From assembly GCF_000025505.1 (NCBI RefSeq), contig NC_013849.1, positions 1 through 32,000 of the forward strand: DNA of 32,000 nt, read 5' to 3'. The DNA is from Ferroglobus placidus DSM 10642. Its GTDB lineage: Archaea; Halobacteriota; Archaeoglobi; Archaeoglobales; Archaeoglobaceae. Within the stretch, counting starts at the first letter, position 1; every line of letters starts with the position of its first letter. Both the position numbers and the translations under genes were made by a program. Positions 10,061-17,896 of the stretch are shown in pieces. Below the pieces are notes generated by a model, which saw only the letters and a program-made list of their open reading frames with translations, made no database searches and was not told the DNA's origin.

Positions 10061-11028
10061 ACGTTCCTCAAGTTCATCTTGCTGTAGAGTACTTTCACTT
10101 CTTCAACTCCCTCGATCTCTCTAACTTCTTCGGCAATTTTCTCTATAGTCTCCCTTTCGAAAGCGTGCACCATGAAGTACAGTGGATAATTCCAGTTCTC
10201 CGGACACTCCCTCTCAACTAAATGCGTTATCTGAGGAAATTTTTCGAGCAAAATTCCTGCGATTCTTTCCGGATTCTCGGTTCTTATTAAATTCATACCG
10301 TTCTCCTTAAATCCTGCTCTCTCTCCGTTTAGCACAGCGTAAAAGTCTCTCACCACTCTTTTCTCTATTAACTCTTTGAGCAGATCCACTATTTCCCCTG
10401 CTTTCATCCCGTATTTTTCGGCAAACTTTCTGAACGGTTTTTCTTCAACGGAAAAGTTCTTTTCCATGTCTTTAAGGAGTTCCGGGCTTATTCCGAGCTC
10501 TTCAACCAAAGGAACTCTCTCGTTTTTCTCAACTCTGTAGCTCCAAGACACCCCTTTGTAAAGGTCGTATTTCACGTCCATCTTGTAAACTCTCTTGCTC
10601 GGTAAAACCACGTAATCTTCTACTCTACACTTCTCCATCAACGCTTTAATCTTTTCAAATAAAACCTCTCTGTCTCTTGCTTTTATCGTGTACCAGACGT
10701 TATAGTTTTCGTCCTCTCTTAAGAAGTTGTGCTTCACGCCTTTTTCTTTATTTATCATTCTCGCAACCTCGAAAATTCTGCTCTCCTCAACCCTCGCTCC
10801 AACCAAAGCCGCTACGCTCTCCCCTCTAAACGCTTTATAGTTCAGCTGGGGACCTATTCTGATTATCAGACCTCTCTTCAAGTATCTTTCAAGCTCGTTT
10901 TTTACGTAATCGAAACTAACTCCGAGCTTTTCCGAAAGAGCTACGAAAGGCTCTTCCGTCAGAGGCATGTTGTACTGAGCTGCCATCAGCAAATCGACAT
11001 CAAAATTGAATTCTCGTTTTTGACTCAT
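10057..11028 (-). CDS. Siroheme decarboxylase, fused AhbA/AhbB-like (two Lrp/AsnC-type halves)
   Basis: N-half: wHTH plus RIGPQLNYKAF...GVKHNFLREDENYNVWYTIKA. C-half: second wHTH plus THLVERECPENWNYPLYFMVHA, as in AhbB/NirDL proteins. Adjacent to a siroheme synthase. ATG at 11028 (MSQKREF) is preferred over 11046. Confidence 0.87.
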   Translation of the reverse strand: MSQKREFNFDVDLLMAAQYNMPLTEEPFVALSEKLGVSFDYVKNELERYLKRGLIIRIGPQLNYKAFRGESVAALVGARVEESRIFEVARMINKEKGVKHNFLREDENYNVWYTIKARDREVLFEKIKALMEKCRVEDYVVLPSKRVYKMDVKYDLYKGVSWSYRVEKNERVPLVEELGISPELLKDMEKNFSVEEKPFRKFAEKYGMKAGEIVDLLKELIEKRVVRDFYAVLNGERAGFKENGMNLIRTENPERIAGILLEKFPQITHLVERECPENWNYPLYFMVHAFERETIEKIAEEVREIEGVEEVKVLYSKMNLRNV

Positions 11029-11701
11029 CCAGATCCCTCTCCCCACTCAAGTATTCCCTTAAAAAGTTTACAGCATAAGCTTTAGCGTCCTCAACTTTAC
11101 CGCTCTTAACGAGTTCGAGAAACTTTTCGTCTGAGCTTATGGCGAAGTACATCTTCATTCTGATATCGACGGGAACATCTTCCTCTTTCATGTACTTCTT
11201 AAAGAAGTCCATCGCTTTTAAAAGGTTTATAGTTTCCCTGTCGCTTTTTACCATTTCGAGTATTTTGTCTCTAACGATTCTCGCAACAACTCCACTCTTC
11301 CCCTCAGTCGTTACGGCTATTTTTATTCCCTCGACTTCCCCTTCGAAAGGAACTACAACTTCAGTTTTTTCCGCATCGTTGGCGAAGTTTTTGAGGAATT
11401 TGTACTTTTTCGAAAGTCTCTCCACGACTTCGTTCACTTTCTTGCTTCCCACGGCTACAACTACCATAAAAGCATCCTTCACGTATCTTTCGAGAAAGTC
11501 GACGTTCTTTGCGTCACCGTAAACGAGCTCTACTTTCCCCTCTTTTTCGAGCTCTTTCAGCTCATCGGAAAAATCGAGGCTTATGACAACGACGTTTGCT
11601 CCGTAGTTCAGAAACTTCTTCGCTCTGCTCGTCCCAACTCCGCCCCCGCCGATTACGACTATTTTCTTTCCTTTTAGTTCTATGTAAAGCGGTATTCTCA
11701 T
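11000..11701 (-). CDS. Precorrin-2 dehydrogenase / sirohydrochlorin ferrochelatase-like (siroheme synthase, CysG N-terminal/Met8p family)
   Basis: MRIPLYIELKGKKIVVIGGGGVGTSRAKKFLNYGANVVVIS Rossmann motif and VVPFEGEVEGIKIAVTTEGKSGVVARIVRDKI, typical of archaeal siroheme synthases. Confidence 0.9.
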   Translation of the reverse strand: MRIPLYIELKGKKIVVIGGGGVGTSRAKKFLNYGANVVVISLDFSDELKELEKEGKVELVYGDAKNVDFLERYVKDAFMVVVAVGSKKVNEVVERLSKKYKFLKNFANDAEKTEVVVPFEGEVEGIKIAVTTEGKSGVVARIVRDKILEMVKSDRETINLLKAMDFFKKYMKEEDVPVDIRMKMYFAISSDEKFLELVKSGKVEDAKAYAVNFLREYLSGERDLDESKTRIQF

Positions 11702-11749
11702 CCAAGAATCAGTGGATAAAAAGCTTTAAAACTTTTTTATTGCAAATTT

Positions 11750-12121
11750 CTAAACTGCCAGCGTTATCGCAGTTCCCTCGGAAATAACTTCTTCTCCTCT
11801 CTTTACCCTGATGATGAAAAAAGCCGTCCTTTTTCCGCTTATTTTTTCTGCTTCCGCCACGAGTTTGTCTCCTTCTTTAGCGCCTTTAAAAAAGTTAATT
11901 GAAATATTTATCGCAACTCTTTTCGTGTCGTAGTTTGAGGCTAAAGCAAGAGCGAAGTCTGCTAAAGCAGTAATGTAAGCTCCGTGAGCAGTTCCGTGGA
12001 TGTTTAAAAACTCCTTCTTCACGACTCCGGAAACCCTCGCGTAACCTTCCCTAACCTCCTCCACTTCCGCCTCTAAGAATTCGGCGAAAGGATCAGATTT
12101 CAATTTTCTCACCTCTCGCAA
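11750..12121 (-). CDS. PaaI-family hotdog thioesterase
   Basis: VKKEFLNIHGTAHGAYITALADFALALASN hotdog helix motif and AINISINFFKGAKEGDKLVAEAEKISGKRTAFFIIRV. Confidence 0.88.
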   Translation of the reverse strand: MREVRKLKSDPFAEFLEAEVEEVREGYARVSGVVKKEFLNIHGTAHGAYITALADFALALASNYDTKRVAINISINFFKGAKEGDKLVAEAEKISGKRTAFFIIRVKRGEEVISEGTAITLAV

Positions 12122-13040
12122 CTCCCATAAGTTCCAGAGTTCTCCTCAATCTTTCGGCATCTCTTCTCTTAGCAATCTCCGCAAGCTTTCTTTCCCACTC
12201 CTCGAAAACGACGTTATCGCTCTCTACTGCCTCTATAAACTCTTTATAGAATTTCACGATTTCGTAAATAAGATCGGTGCTGTACTCTCTCCCCTGAATT
12301 TTCAAGCAGTCGACTCCAGCTTTAATCAAATCGGGAATTTCTCTGAGAAGCAAAAACATGTCGTTCGGCAAGTTCCCGATGGAGTGGTTGTTCAAACACC
12401 AGTTAGAGAGGCAAGGTCTGAAACAAACTCCACCCCTGTTTGGACTTCCAACGTAGTAGGACTTTTCACCTATTTTCTCGTATCTCAGCGACTTGTAGCT
12501 GCTCATCCAGCACTTGCCGAGGTAGGTGAAATCCGTGTTGGCGTGAATTAAAATCTCTATTCCTATTCCTGCCTTCTCCTTAATTTCTCTTATCTCATCC
12601 AAAGTGAGCTTGCAGTCGGCTACGAGCATAGAAGCTCCAGCTTCTTTGTATAACTTAGCTTCTTCGTAGTTTATCACGTTACACCCTATGCTCGCCACGA
12701 TTTTTAAATCGGGATAGTTCTCTTTCACGTACCTCATCAAACCTAAATCGTTGAGAATGACGGCATCAACTTCAGCGGAATGCAGGAACTCCATTCTTTC
12801 TTTGAACATTCCGAACTCGGCTGGCTTTGGAAAAGCGTTCAGAGCAGCTCTCAGCTCTCCGCCAAATTCGTGAGCGATTTTAGCAGCCTCGATAATTTCC
12901 TCATCCTCAAGCTCGTACTTCTTACTTCTCCTACTCCACCCTTTCACTCCGACGTAAACGCTATCAGCTCCCGCTTCGAAAACCTTTCTAACCATCTCCA
13001 AGTTTCCTCCGGGACCGAGAAGTTCAACCATCTTCATCAC
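12093..13040 (-). CDS. U32 family protein (full-length, Cys-rich core)
   Basis: MVELLGPGGNLEMVRKVFEAGADSVYVGVKGWSRR, NRGGVCFRPCLSNWCLNN and IPDLIKAGVDCLKIQGR are U32 signatures. Confidence 0.88.
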   Translation of the reverse strand: MMKMVELLGPGGNLEMVRKVFEAGADSVYVGVKGWSRRSKKYELEDEEIIEAAKIAHEFGGELRAALNAFPKPAEFGMFKERMEFLHSAEVDAVILNDLGLMRYVKENYPDLKIVASIGCNVINYEEAKLYKEAGASMLVADCKLTLDEIREIKEKAGIGIEILIHANTDFTYLGKCWMSSYKSLRYEKIGEKSYYVGSPNRGGVCFRPCLSNWCLNNHSIGNLPNDMFLLLREIPDLIKAGVDCLKIQGREYSTDLIYEIVKFYKEFIEAVESDNVVFEEWERKLAEIAKRRDAERLRRTLELMGVARGEKIEI

Positions 13041-13900
13041 CTCGAAACGTAGATTTGACCGGCTTTGTTAAAGTAAAATCCGTTGCAGAGTCCGATTTCC
13101 GCAAGCTCGATCAACTTCAAAAAGTCCTTTTTGTCGAACCCTTTTTCGATTCTTCTTCTGTATATCCTGCCGACCTCTTCTCTGTAACCGACTCTTTCTG
13201 ATAAAGCCTCTACTCTTGCCGCATCGACGAACTTCAGCTTTTCCAAGTGCTCGTACATACAAACGTCCTTTCCGCTTAGTGTAACCTGTCCGAAAGGCTT
13301 CAGAACGAGGTCTTCGCTTTTGTACCACAGCTTTTCCTTGCAAAGCTTCGGACATCTTTTTCCAATCTCCCTCTCGAACCTTTTAACGAAGCACTCATGA
13401 GAGATGCCGAGGGGTATTTTGCCGTGGATGACGACTTCAACTTCAACGCCAACCTCTTTAATCTTCTCTACATCCTCAATCGGCAGCTCGTAAGCTGGCA
13501 TAATCCTGTCGATGCCCAAAGAGTAAAGAAGCTCCGCCGTCGAAGCTGTGTAAACGTTCGCAAGCCCTCCGAGGTGAACTCTCGCATCGTATTCGTCCTT
13601 TATCTTCTTCGCAACTCCGAGGTTGAAAACTTCGAAAGCGTCAACTTTTGCTTCCAACCCAAGCTCAACGACGTAAAAAACCCTTTCCAAATCCTTGTTC
13701 CTTGGAGCAGCGTACAAGCTTAAATAGGCTTTTTTTCCGAGTTCCCTTAAAAGCTCGACTCCTTCTTCGATGTCGTTGCCCGAGGAAAAGCTCCCCTCGT
13801 AATCCCAGCAGTAGGGCATTCCCATGTATATTCCATCGTAATGCTTCAGGCTGCACTCGCTCATGCTTTCAAGATTCGGAACGTTCGTCGTTAATTCCAC
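13037..13900 (-). CDS. U32 family protein (UbiV-like architecture)
   Basis: TIM-barrel-like start, DAFEVFNLGVAKKIKDEY, HGKIPLGISHECFVKRFEREIGKRCPKLC. Four-nt overlap with the preceding U32 gene. Confidence 0.8.
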   Translation of the reverse strand: MELTTNVPNLESMSECSLKHYDGIYMGMPYCWDYEGSFSSGNDIEEGVELLRELGKKAYLSLYAAPRNKDLERVFYVVELGLEAKVDAFEVFNLGVAKKIKDEYDARVHLGGLANVYTASTAELLYSLGIDRIMPAYELPIEDVEKIKEVGVEVEVVIHGKIPLGISHECFVKRFEREIGKRCPKLCKEKLWYKSEDLVLKPFGQVTLSGKDVCMYEHLEKLKFVDAARVEALSERVGYREEVGRIYRRRIEKGFDKKDFLKLIELAEIGLCNGFYFNKAGQIYVSR

Positions 13901-14501
13901 AACTCATCACCCCTATTTTAGAGAACTGCCTACCTTCGAACTTTAGAATATCCGCATTCACATCGTATTCCACAAGCTTTGGAGGAAAAGATACCTCGAA
14001 TTCTTTCTCTTTAAACACGACTTTCCACCTTCTGCAGCACTCTTTTTTACAAACACCATCTCTCTTTGCGCTAACTCCGGAGAAGTAAGCTGAAAGCAAA
14101 CATTTTCCTTTGTAAAACATCTCGACGTAGGCCCTTTTAAAAGCTTCAATTTTAACGCCGCAGCCTTTCAATTCTTCGACATTCTCATTTATCTCCGGCG
14201 GAATCACAACGGCATAAGCTCCGAGCTCTTTTAAAAGTTCTAAATCGAGAGAATTCAAAGGGTTTAATCCGACGCTTGCGATAACCTTCTTGTCCTCTAT
14301 CCTTTTAATAGCAGCAATTTCGTTCACGATAACACCAGAAGCTTTGAGATTTTTCGCAGCTTTTTCAATTTCATCCGCTTCCTTCACCCTATTCAGGGCG
14401 ACGAAAACTTCTTCGTTTTCCGCTAATCTGTTAATCTCCTCGACTGTCAGGGCTTTTTCGTCTCCGTACTTGCTGAATCCCTTCAACCCAACGTATTTCA
14501 C
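13869..14501 (-). CDS. Short U32-like protein with Cys cluster
   Basis: KGKCLLSAYFSGVSAKRDGVCKKECCRRW resembles the GrCllSxxxxxRxxxxGxCxxxCRR block of U32 proteins. Barrel-like VIASVGLNPLNSLDLELLKELGAYAVVIPPEI. Overlaps the second U32 gene by 32 nt. Confidence 0.72.
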   Translation of the reverse strand: MKYVGLKGFSKYGDEKALTVEEINRLAENEEVFVALNRVKEADEIEKAAKNLKASGVIVNEIAAIKRIEDKKVIASVGLNPLNSLDLELLKELGAYAVVIPPEINENVEELKGCGVKIEAFKRAYVEMFYKGKCLLSAYFSGVSAKRDGVCKKECCRRWKVVFKEKEFEVSFPPKLVEYDVNADILKFEGRQFSKIGVMSCGINDERSES

Positions 14502-14533
14502 AGAATGAAACGCTAAATTGTGATATTTAAACT

Positions 14534-15487
14534 TTAGGAATTCTCTTCAACAAGTTCAACAACTTCCGACGGAAGCACGTTCAAATACCTCTTTCCCTTA
14601 TAAACCACCGCCACAACCTGCCTTGCCCTCTCTCTGTTTATCCCGAAATATTCCCTAAACGGAGCCTCGTCGTATCTCAGCTCTTTCCTACTCAAAACGA
14701 GTTCTTCGAAATCTTTCGAGTAATCGTAAAAGTCAAGCTTGTTTCCTTTCGCATCAATTATCTCAACTTTCATGAAGTACTCTCTTCCGTCTCTTCTCAC
14801 ACAGTAGTTCTCCTCGTGGTTTATTCCGAGAACCGGATTGACGTTAATTCTTTCATTCCCCTCGAAGTAATCGAACATTCTTACGAATCCTTCAATTTGA
14901 TATCTGAAAAGTTTTTTAGGCGTGCTCGAAAGCCACTCAAACTGCTCGTAGTTAACTCCTTTAAATGAAACATCCACGTCCACCCTCAGATTTTCCAACT
15001 TTTCGAGCTCTTGAAAATTTATTTTTCCCATTCCAGCGAGTATTCCGTTCGTCTCGATGATTACTTTCAGTTTTTCCGCTTCATCGCTTTTATCGAGGAG
15101 CTTTAAAACTTCCAAGATGTGATCCCATTGTAAAGTAGGCTCGTTTCCGGTAAACCTCACCACTCCAACTCTGTACTTTCTCTTTTTAACAAGCCTGTCA
15201 TGCGAAACCCTTTCTATCTGGCAAAGAACGTCCTTAACCACCTCTTCTGGCATCTTTCTTACCTCGCTGTTTTCGAATCGTATCTTCCACCCCCAGCAGT
15301 ATTTGCAGTTTAAGTTGCATCCCTTAACGTCAAGAACTACCTCCAGTATTTTTCCTTCAGCTAAACCACACGAAGCTACGCATCTATGCTCTTCATAAAC
15401 TTTGCAGCACCTGTGCCAGCCTAAACCCCTCCTCTTTAACGGCACCCACCTCGTCGGATAGTAAAGGTTCGAATAAATTCCGATCAT
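14534..15487 (-). CDS. Radical SAM protein with extra N-terminal cysteines, function unassigned
   Basis: CNLNCKYCWGW (CX3CX2C), VVRFTGNEPTLQWDHI, VIIETNGILA, upstream HRCCKVYEEHRCVASCG. Confidence 0.85.
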   Translation of the reverse strand: MIGIYSNLYYPTRWVPLKRRGLGWHRCCKVYEEHRCVASCGLAEGKILEVVLDVKGCNLNCKYCWGWKIRFENSEVRKMPEEVVKDVLCQIERVSHDRLVKKRKYRVGVVRFTGNEPTLQWDHILEVLKLLDKSDEAEKLKVIIETNGILAGMGKINFQELEKLENLRVDVDVSFKGVNYEQFEWLSSTPKKLFRYQIEGFVRMFDYFEGNERINVNPVLGINHEENYCVRRDGREYFMKVEIIDAKGNKLDFYDYSKDFEELVLSRKELRYDEAPFREYFGINRERARQVVAVVYKGKRYLNVLPSEVVELVEENS

Positions 15488-15529
15488 CTCGTAAAGTATT
15501 TAGTTTGAGAGGGAATTTAAAGAGTTTAG

Positions 15530-15988
15530 ATGCTGCCAATTCAAGAGTTAAGACGTGCTCTCTGGAAGGAGTTCAATTTGAAGCTGAAATTGCCAGAGAG
15601 ATTTGAAGATGTGGAGGAAGTTGCAGCAGCAAAAATCGTGAAAAGGATAAGGTGGAAATACAGCTATCCCCGAGAGCACAGATGCTTTTTTAAATGGACG
15701 AAGTTCTGTCCGGAATTTTGCAACTTTGAAAAACCTTGCGAAGATTTGGTGGAAGACTTTGGAGAAGATGAGAGCTTAGAGTACGGCTTTCTCATCAAGG
15801 CTGGAGGAGTTTACTACTTTTCCAAAGAGTTCGAAGTGAATGAAAATGAGCGAGTTTTAGTTTTCCATCCGAGTGTGAAGCTCGGTGAGGACAGATTCGC
15901 GTACAAAGTTGAAAAGGAAATTAACAAGTTCGGTTTCGTTGAAGTTGAAAGCTCAATCACACCTTACGAGGTTTTGTGGGAAGGTTAG
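15530..15988 (+). CDS. Conserved-looking hypothetical protein with Cys motif
   Basis: 152-aa ORF with ATG start and coherent charged composition; KFCPEFCNFEKPC motif. No family recognised. Confidence 0.55.
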   Translation: MLPIQELRRALWKEFNLKLKLPERFEDVEEVAAAKIVKRIRWKYSYPREHRCFFKWTKFCPEFCNFEKPCEDLVEDFGEDESLEYGFLIKAGGVYYFSKEFEVNENERVLVFHPSVKLGEDRFAYKVEKEINKFGFVEVESSITPYEVLWEG

Positions 15989-16074
15989 CTTGTTAAATTC
16001 GGCAAATCCGTAGATCTCAAACTTCTGAAAAATCTAAAGTAACCTTTTTATCCAACTTTACGAATTTGGAAGTA

Positions 16075-16290
16075 ATGAGCGAAATTATTGAGATTCTAAA
16101 GGAGATTAAAGAGAAACTTGAGGATATGGACAAAAGACTTAGAAGGATAGAGGAGGAACTATTCGAAGAGTTAAGCGAGGAGGAGCTTGAAGAAATCAAA
16201 AGGGATTTAGAGGCTTACGAAAAGGGGGAACTTGAGACGATAACCCTTGAAGAGCTCAAAAAAGAGCTTGGGATTGAAGATGAAGTTTAA
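16075..16290 (+). CDS. RelB-like antitoxin (coiled, acidic)
   Basis: MSEIIEILKEIKEKLEDMDKRLRRIEEELFEELSEEELEEIKRDLEAYEKGELETITLEELKKELG, immediately upstream of and overlapping a RelE-like gene. The track start is TTG 16066; ATG 16075 is an alternative. Confidence 0.75.
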   Translation: MSEIIEILKEIKEKLEDMDKRLRRIEEELFEELSEEELEEIKRDLEAYEKGELETITLEELKKELGIEDEV

Positions 16291-16540
16291 GATCGTTTTG
16301 AAGAAAGGAGTCTCCAAGGATTTGAAAAAGCTCGACAAAATAGATCGAATAAGAATCTACAAAACCCTCGAAAAGCTTGAAGATCCCTTTTCTCTCGACA
16401 TTAGAAAGCTTAGAGGGCTTGAAGATACCTACGCCGTCAGAATCGGAGATTTCAGAATCATCTTCAAGATTTATTTTGATAGGAAGGTTATTTTTGTAAC
16501 GAGAATAGATAAAAGAGGAAGGGTTTACGATCGCATTTAG
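16280..16540 (+). CDS. RelE/ParE-family toxin
   Basis: MKFKIVLKKGVSKDLKKLDK...IYKTLEKLEDPFSLDIRKLRGLEDTYAVRIGDFRIIFKIYFDRKVIFVTRIDKRGRVY is a classic archaeal RelE pattern. ATG at 16280 overlaps the antitoxin stop. Confidence 0.9.
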   Translation: MKFKIVLKKGVSKDLKKLDKIDRIRIYKTLEKLEDPFSLDIRKLRGLEDTYAVRIGDFRIIFKIYFDRKVIFVTRIDKRGRVYDRI

Positions 16541-16572
16541 CGGACTACGGGGAAGGAAAGCTTCTCAACGAT

Positions 16573-16736
16573 TCAGGATTTTGGAAGTAGAATTTCGATT
16601 CCGATGGTCTCCCCCTTTTCGTCCAAGTCGAAGATGATTATATCGTTTGAGAGAGGCTCGGAAATCTCAACATTCTCCTCCTTGATCTCTTTATGTAGAT
16701 CGCATTAGCCTCGGGATCAAACTCCACCGAAACCAT
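16573..16736 (-). pseudogene. Frameshifted DUF2283-like small protein gene
   Basis: Minus-strand reading from ATG at 16736 gives MVSVEFDPEANAIYIKR. After a one-base shift the sequence continues IKEENVEISEPLSNDIIIFDLDEKGETIGIEILLPKS-stop. Together they match the DUF2283 pattern (YDPEADALYI...V..DIIxDxDExGxIxGIEIL). Confidence 0.65.
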
Positions 16737-16805
16737 ACTTAATCCACTAATTGGTTCAGCTGTTTAAAAGATGAAACTTGTAGCCTTTTATTATGATGCC
16801 ATGAT

Positions 16806-16925
16806 ATGGGACTAATTCAGGTTAGAGTTCCCGACGAGCTTGAGGAGATTCCGAGAAGACACTTGCCCGCCAAAGAAGGTGCATTAAGCAAGTTTGTCGT
16901 CTCCGTAAATCAAAGAGAAACTTGA
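16806..16925 (+). CDS. Short ORF, possible truncated or remnant antitoxin-like protein
   Basis: MGLIQVRVPDELEEIPRRHLPAKEGALSKFVVSVNQRET-stop. The first 12 residues resemble ribbon-helix-helix antitoxin N-termini; the rest does not follow a recognisable fold. Confidence 0.3.
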   Translation: MGLIQVRVPDELEEIPRRHLPAKEGALSKFVVSVNQRET

Positions 16926-17032
16926 GAAGGAAGGAATATAAGGTAAACAAGGTTATTAAAGAGCGAAACATCTGAAATGTCCCCGAAATGCCATAATGGA
17001 ATTACCAAGTTAAATTATGAGAGCCGACGGTA

Positions 17033-17105
17033 TGCGGCCGCCGGGATTTGAACCCGGGCTACGGGCTCGGGAGGCCCGTGTCCTGCCAGGCTAGACTACG
17101 ACCGC
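17033..17105 (-). tRNA. tRNA-Gly(CCC)
   Basis: Reverse complement: acceptor gcggtcg/cggccgc (one G-U), anticodon stem cgggc/gcccg with loop ctcccga (anticodon CCC), T arm ccggg-ttcaaat-cccgg, discriminator A, no encoded CCA. Confidence 0.94.
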
Positions 17106-17185
17106 TCGGTAGAATATTGAGGCTTGCGATGATTAAAAACTTTCGGTATAGCAACGCTTATTTTTCTCCGAAAAAACTTTAGAGG

Positions 17186-17896
17186 GTGAACGCTTTAGAA
17201 GCTCTCAAGGCTGTTGAAGAAAAGATCAGAAGAGGAGAAAATGCGAGAGAAGATTTTTGGAAACTGGTTGGAATTGTGAAAAGATCTAAAAGCGTCGATG
17301 AAGAAACTTTGGTGAGAATCGCAAAAATCAGAGAGGAAATTTTCGATAAAAAACTCGTTCTTTCTTTAAAAAGCGGCACAGTAATCTTTGCTTCGTTGGT
17401 AGTTCTATCCAACATGCTCTTTCTCCTCATCTCTTTCAAAAACCTTCAGTTTTTATTGAAAGCAGCGTTGCTGTTTGCCGTTGAGTCGGCAGTAATCTAC
17501 TCCTCCTTCATCGTGGGTAGGCTGATAGGCTCTCTAATTACGGGGATAAAAATATTGGGATTCTACAGATACAACCCACTTGAGCTCGGAATGAAACTGG
17601 ACATCGTTAGTTACCTAAAAGCCGAGCAGAAAAATCGCGTGATCTTCTTCTTAACGCCAATAGTTTTCGAAAATTCAGTTTTCCTTTTTCAAAGCCTATT
17701 GTTGGTTTACTTTAACAACGAATTCTACTGGGTTCCACTGCTCTTAGCGATTTCCAATTTACTCCTCTCCTACGCGGTCTACAAGATCAAGAAAACCGGG
17801 GAGCTTTACAGGCTTATCAGAGAAATAAAAATTCTTAGAGAGCTATCTGAAAAACCTTCTGCTGAGAAAAACCAAGAGCACCGCAAGAAAAGCTGA
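17186..17896 (+). CDS. Hypothetical integral membrane protein
   Basis: 236-aa ORF with GTG start and about four hydrophobic segments (VIFASLVVLSNMLFLLISF, FLLKAALLFAVESAVIYSSFIVG, VFLFQSLLLVYF, FYWVPLLLAISNLLLSYAV). The C-terminus overlaps the convergent MFS gene by 54 nt. Confidence 0.6.
   Translation: MNALEALKAVEEKIRRGENAREDFWKLVGIVKRSKSVDEETLVRIAKIREEIFDKKLVLSLKSGTVIFASLVVLSNMLFLLISFKNLQFLLKAALLFAVESAVIYSSFIVGRLIGSLITGIKILGFYRYNPLELGMKLDIVSYLKAEQKNRVIFFLTPIVFENSVFLFQSLLLVYFNNEFYWVPLLLAISNLLLSYAVYKIKKTGELYRLIREIKILRELSEKPSAEKNQEHRKKS

Noticed and set aside
11139-11522. 127-aa plus-strand ORF antisense to siroheme synthase
   Set aside because: Ser/Thr-rich shadow ORF; the opposite strand has clear Rossmann and family motifs.
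13068-14149. Several opposite-strand ORFs (13397-13723, 13648-14088, 13665-13856) over the U32 genes
   Set aside because: They lie antisense to well-supported U32 coding sequence and have low-complexity Ser/Arg/Pro composition with no recognisable motifs.
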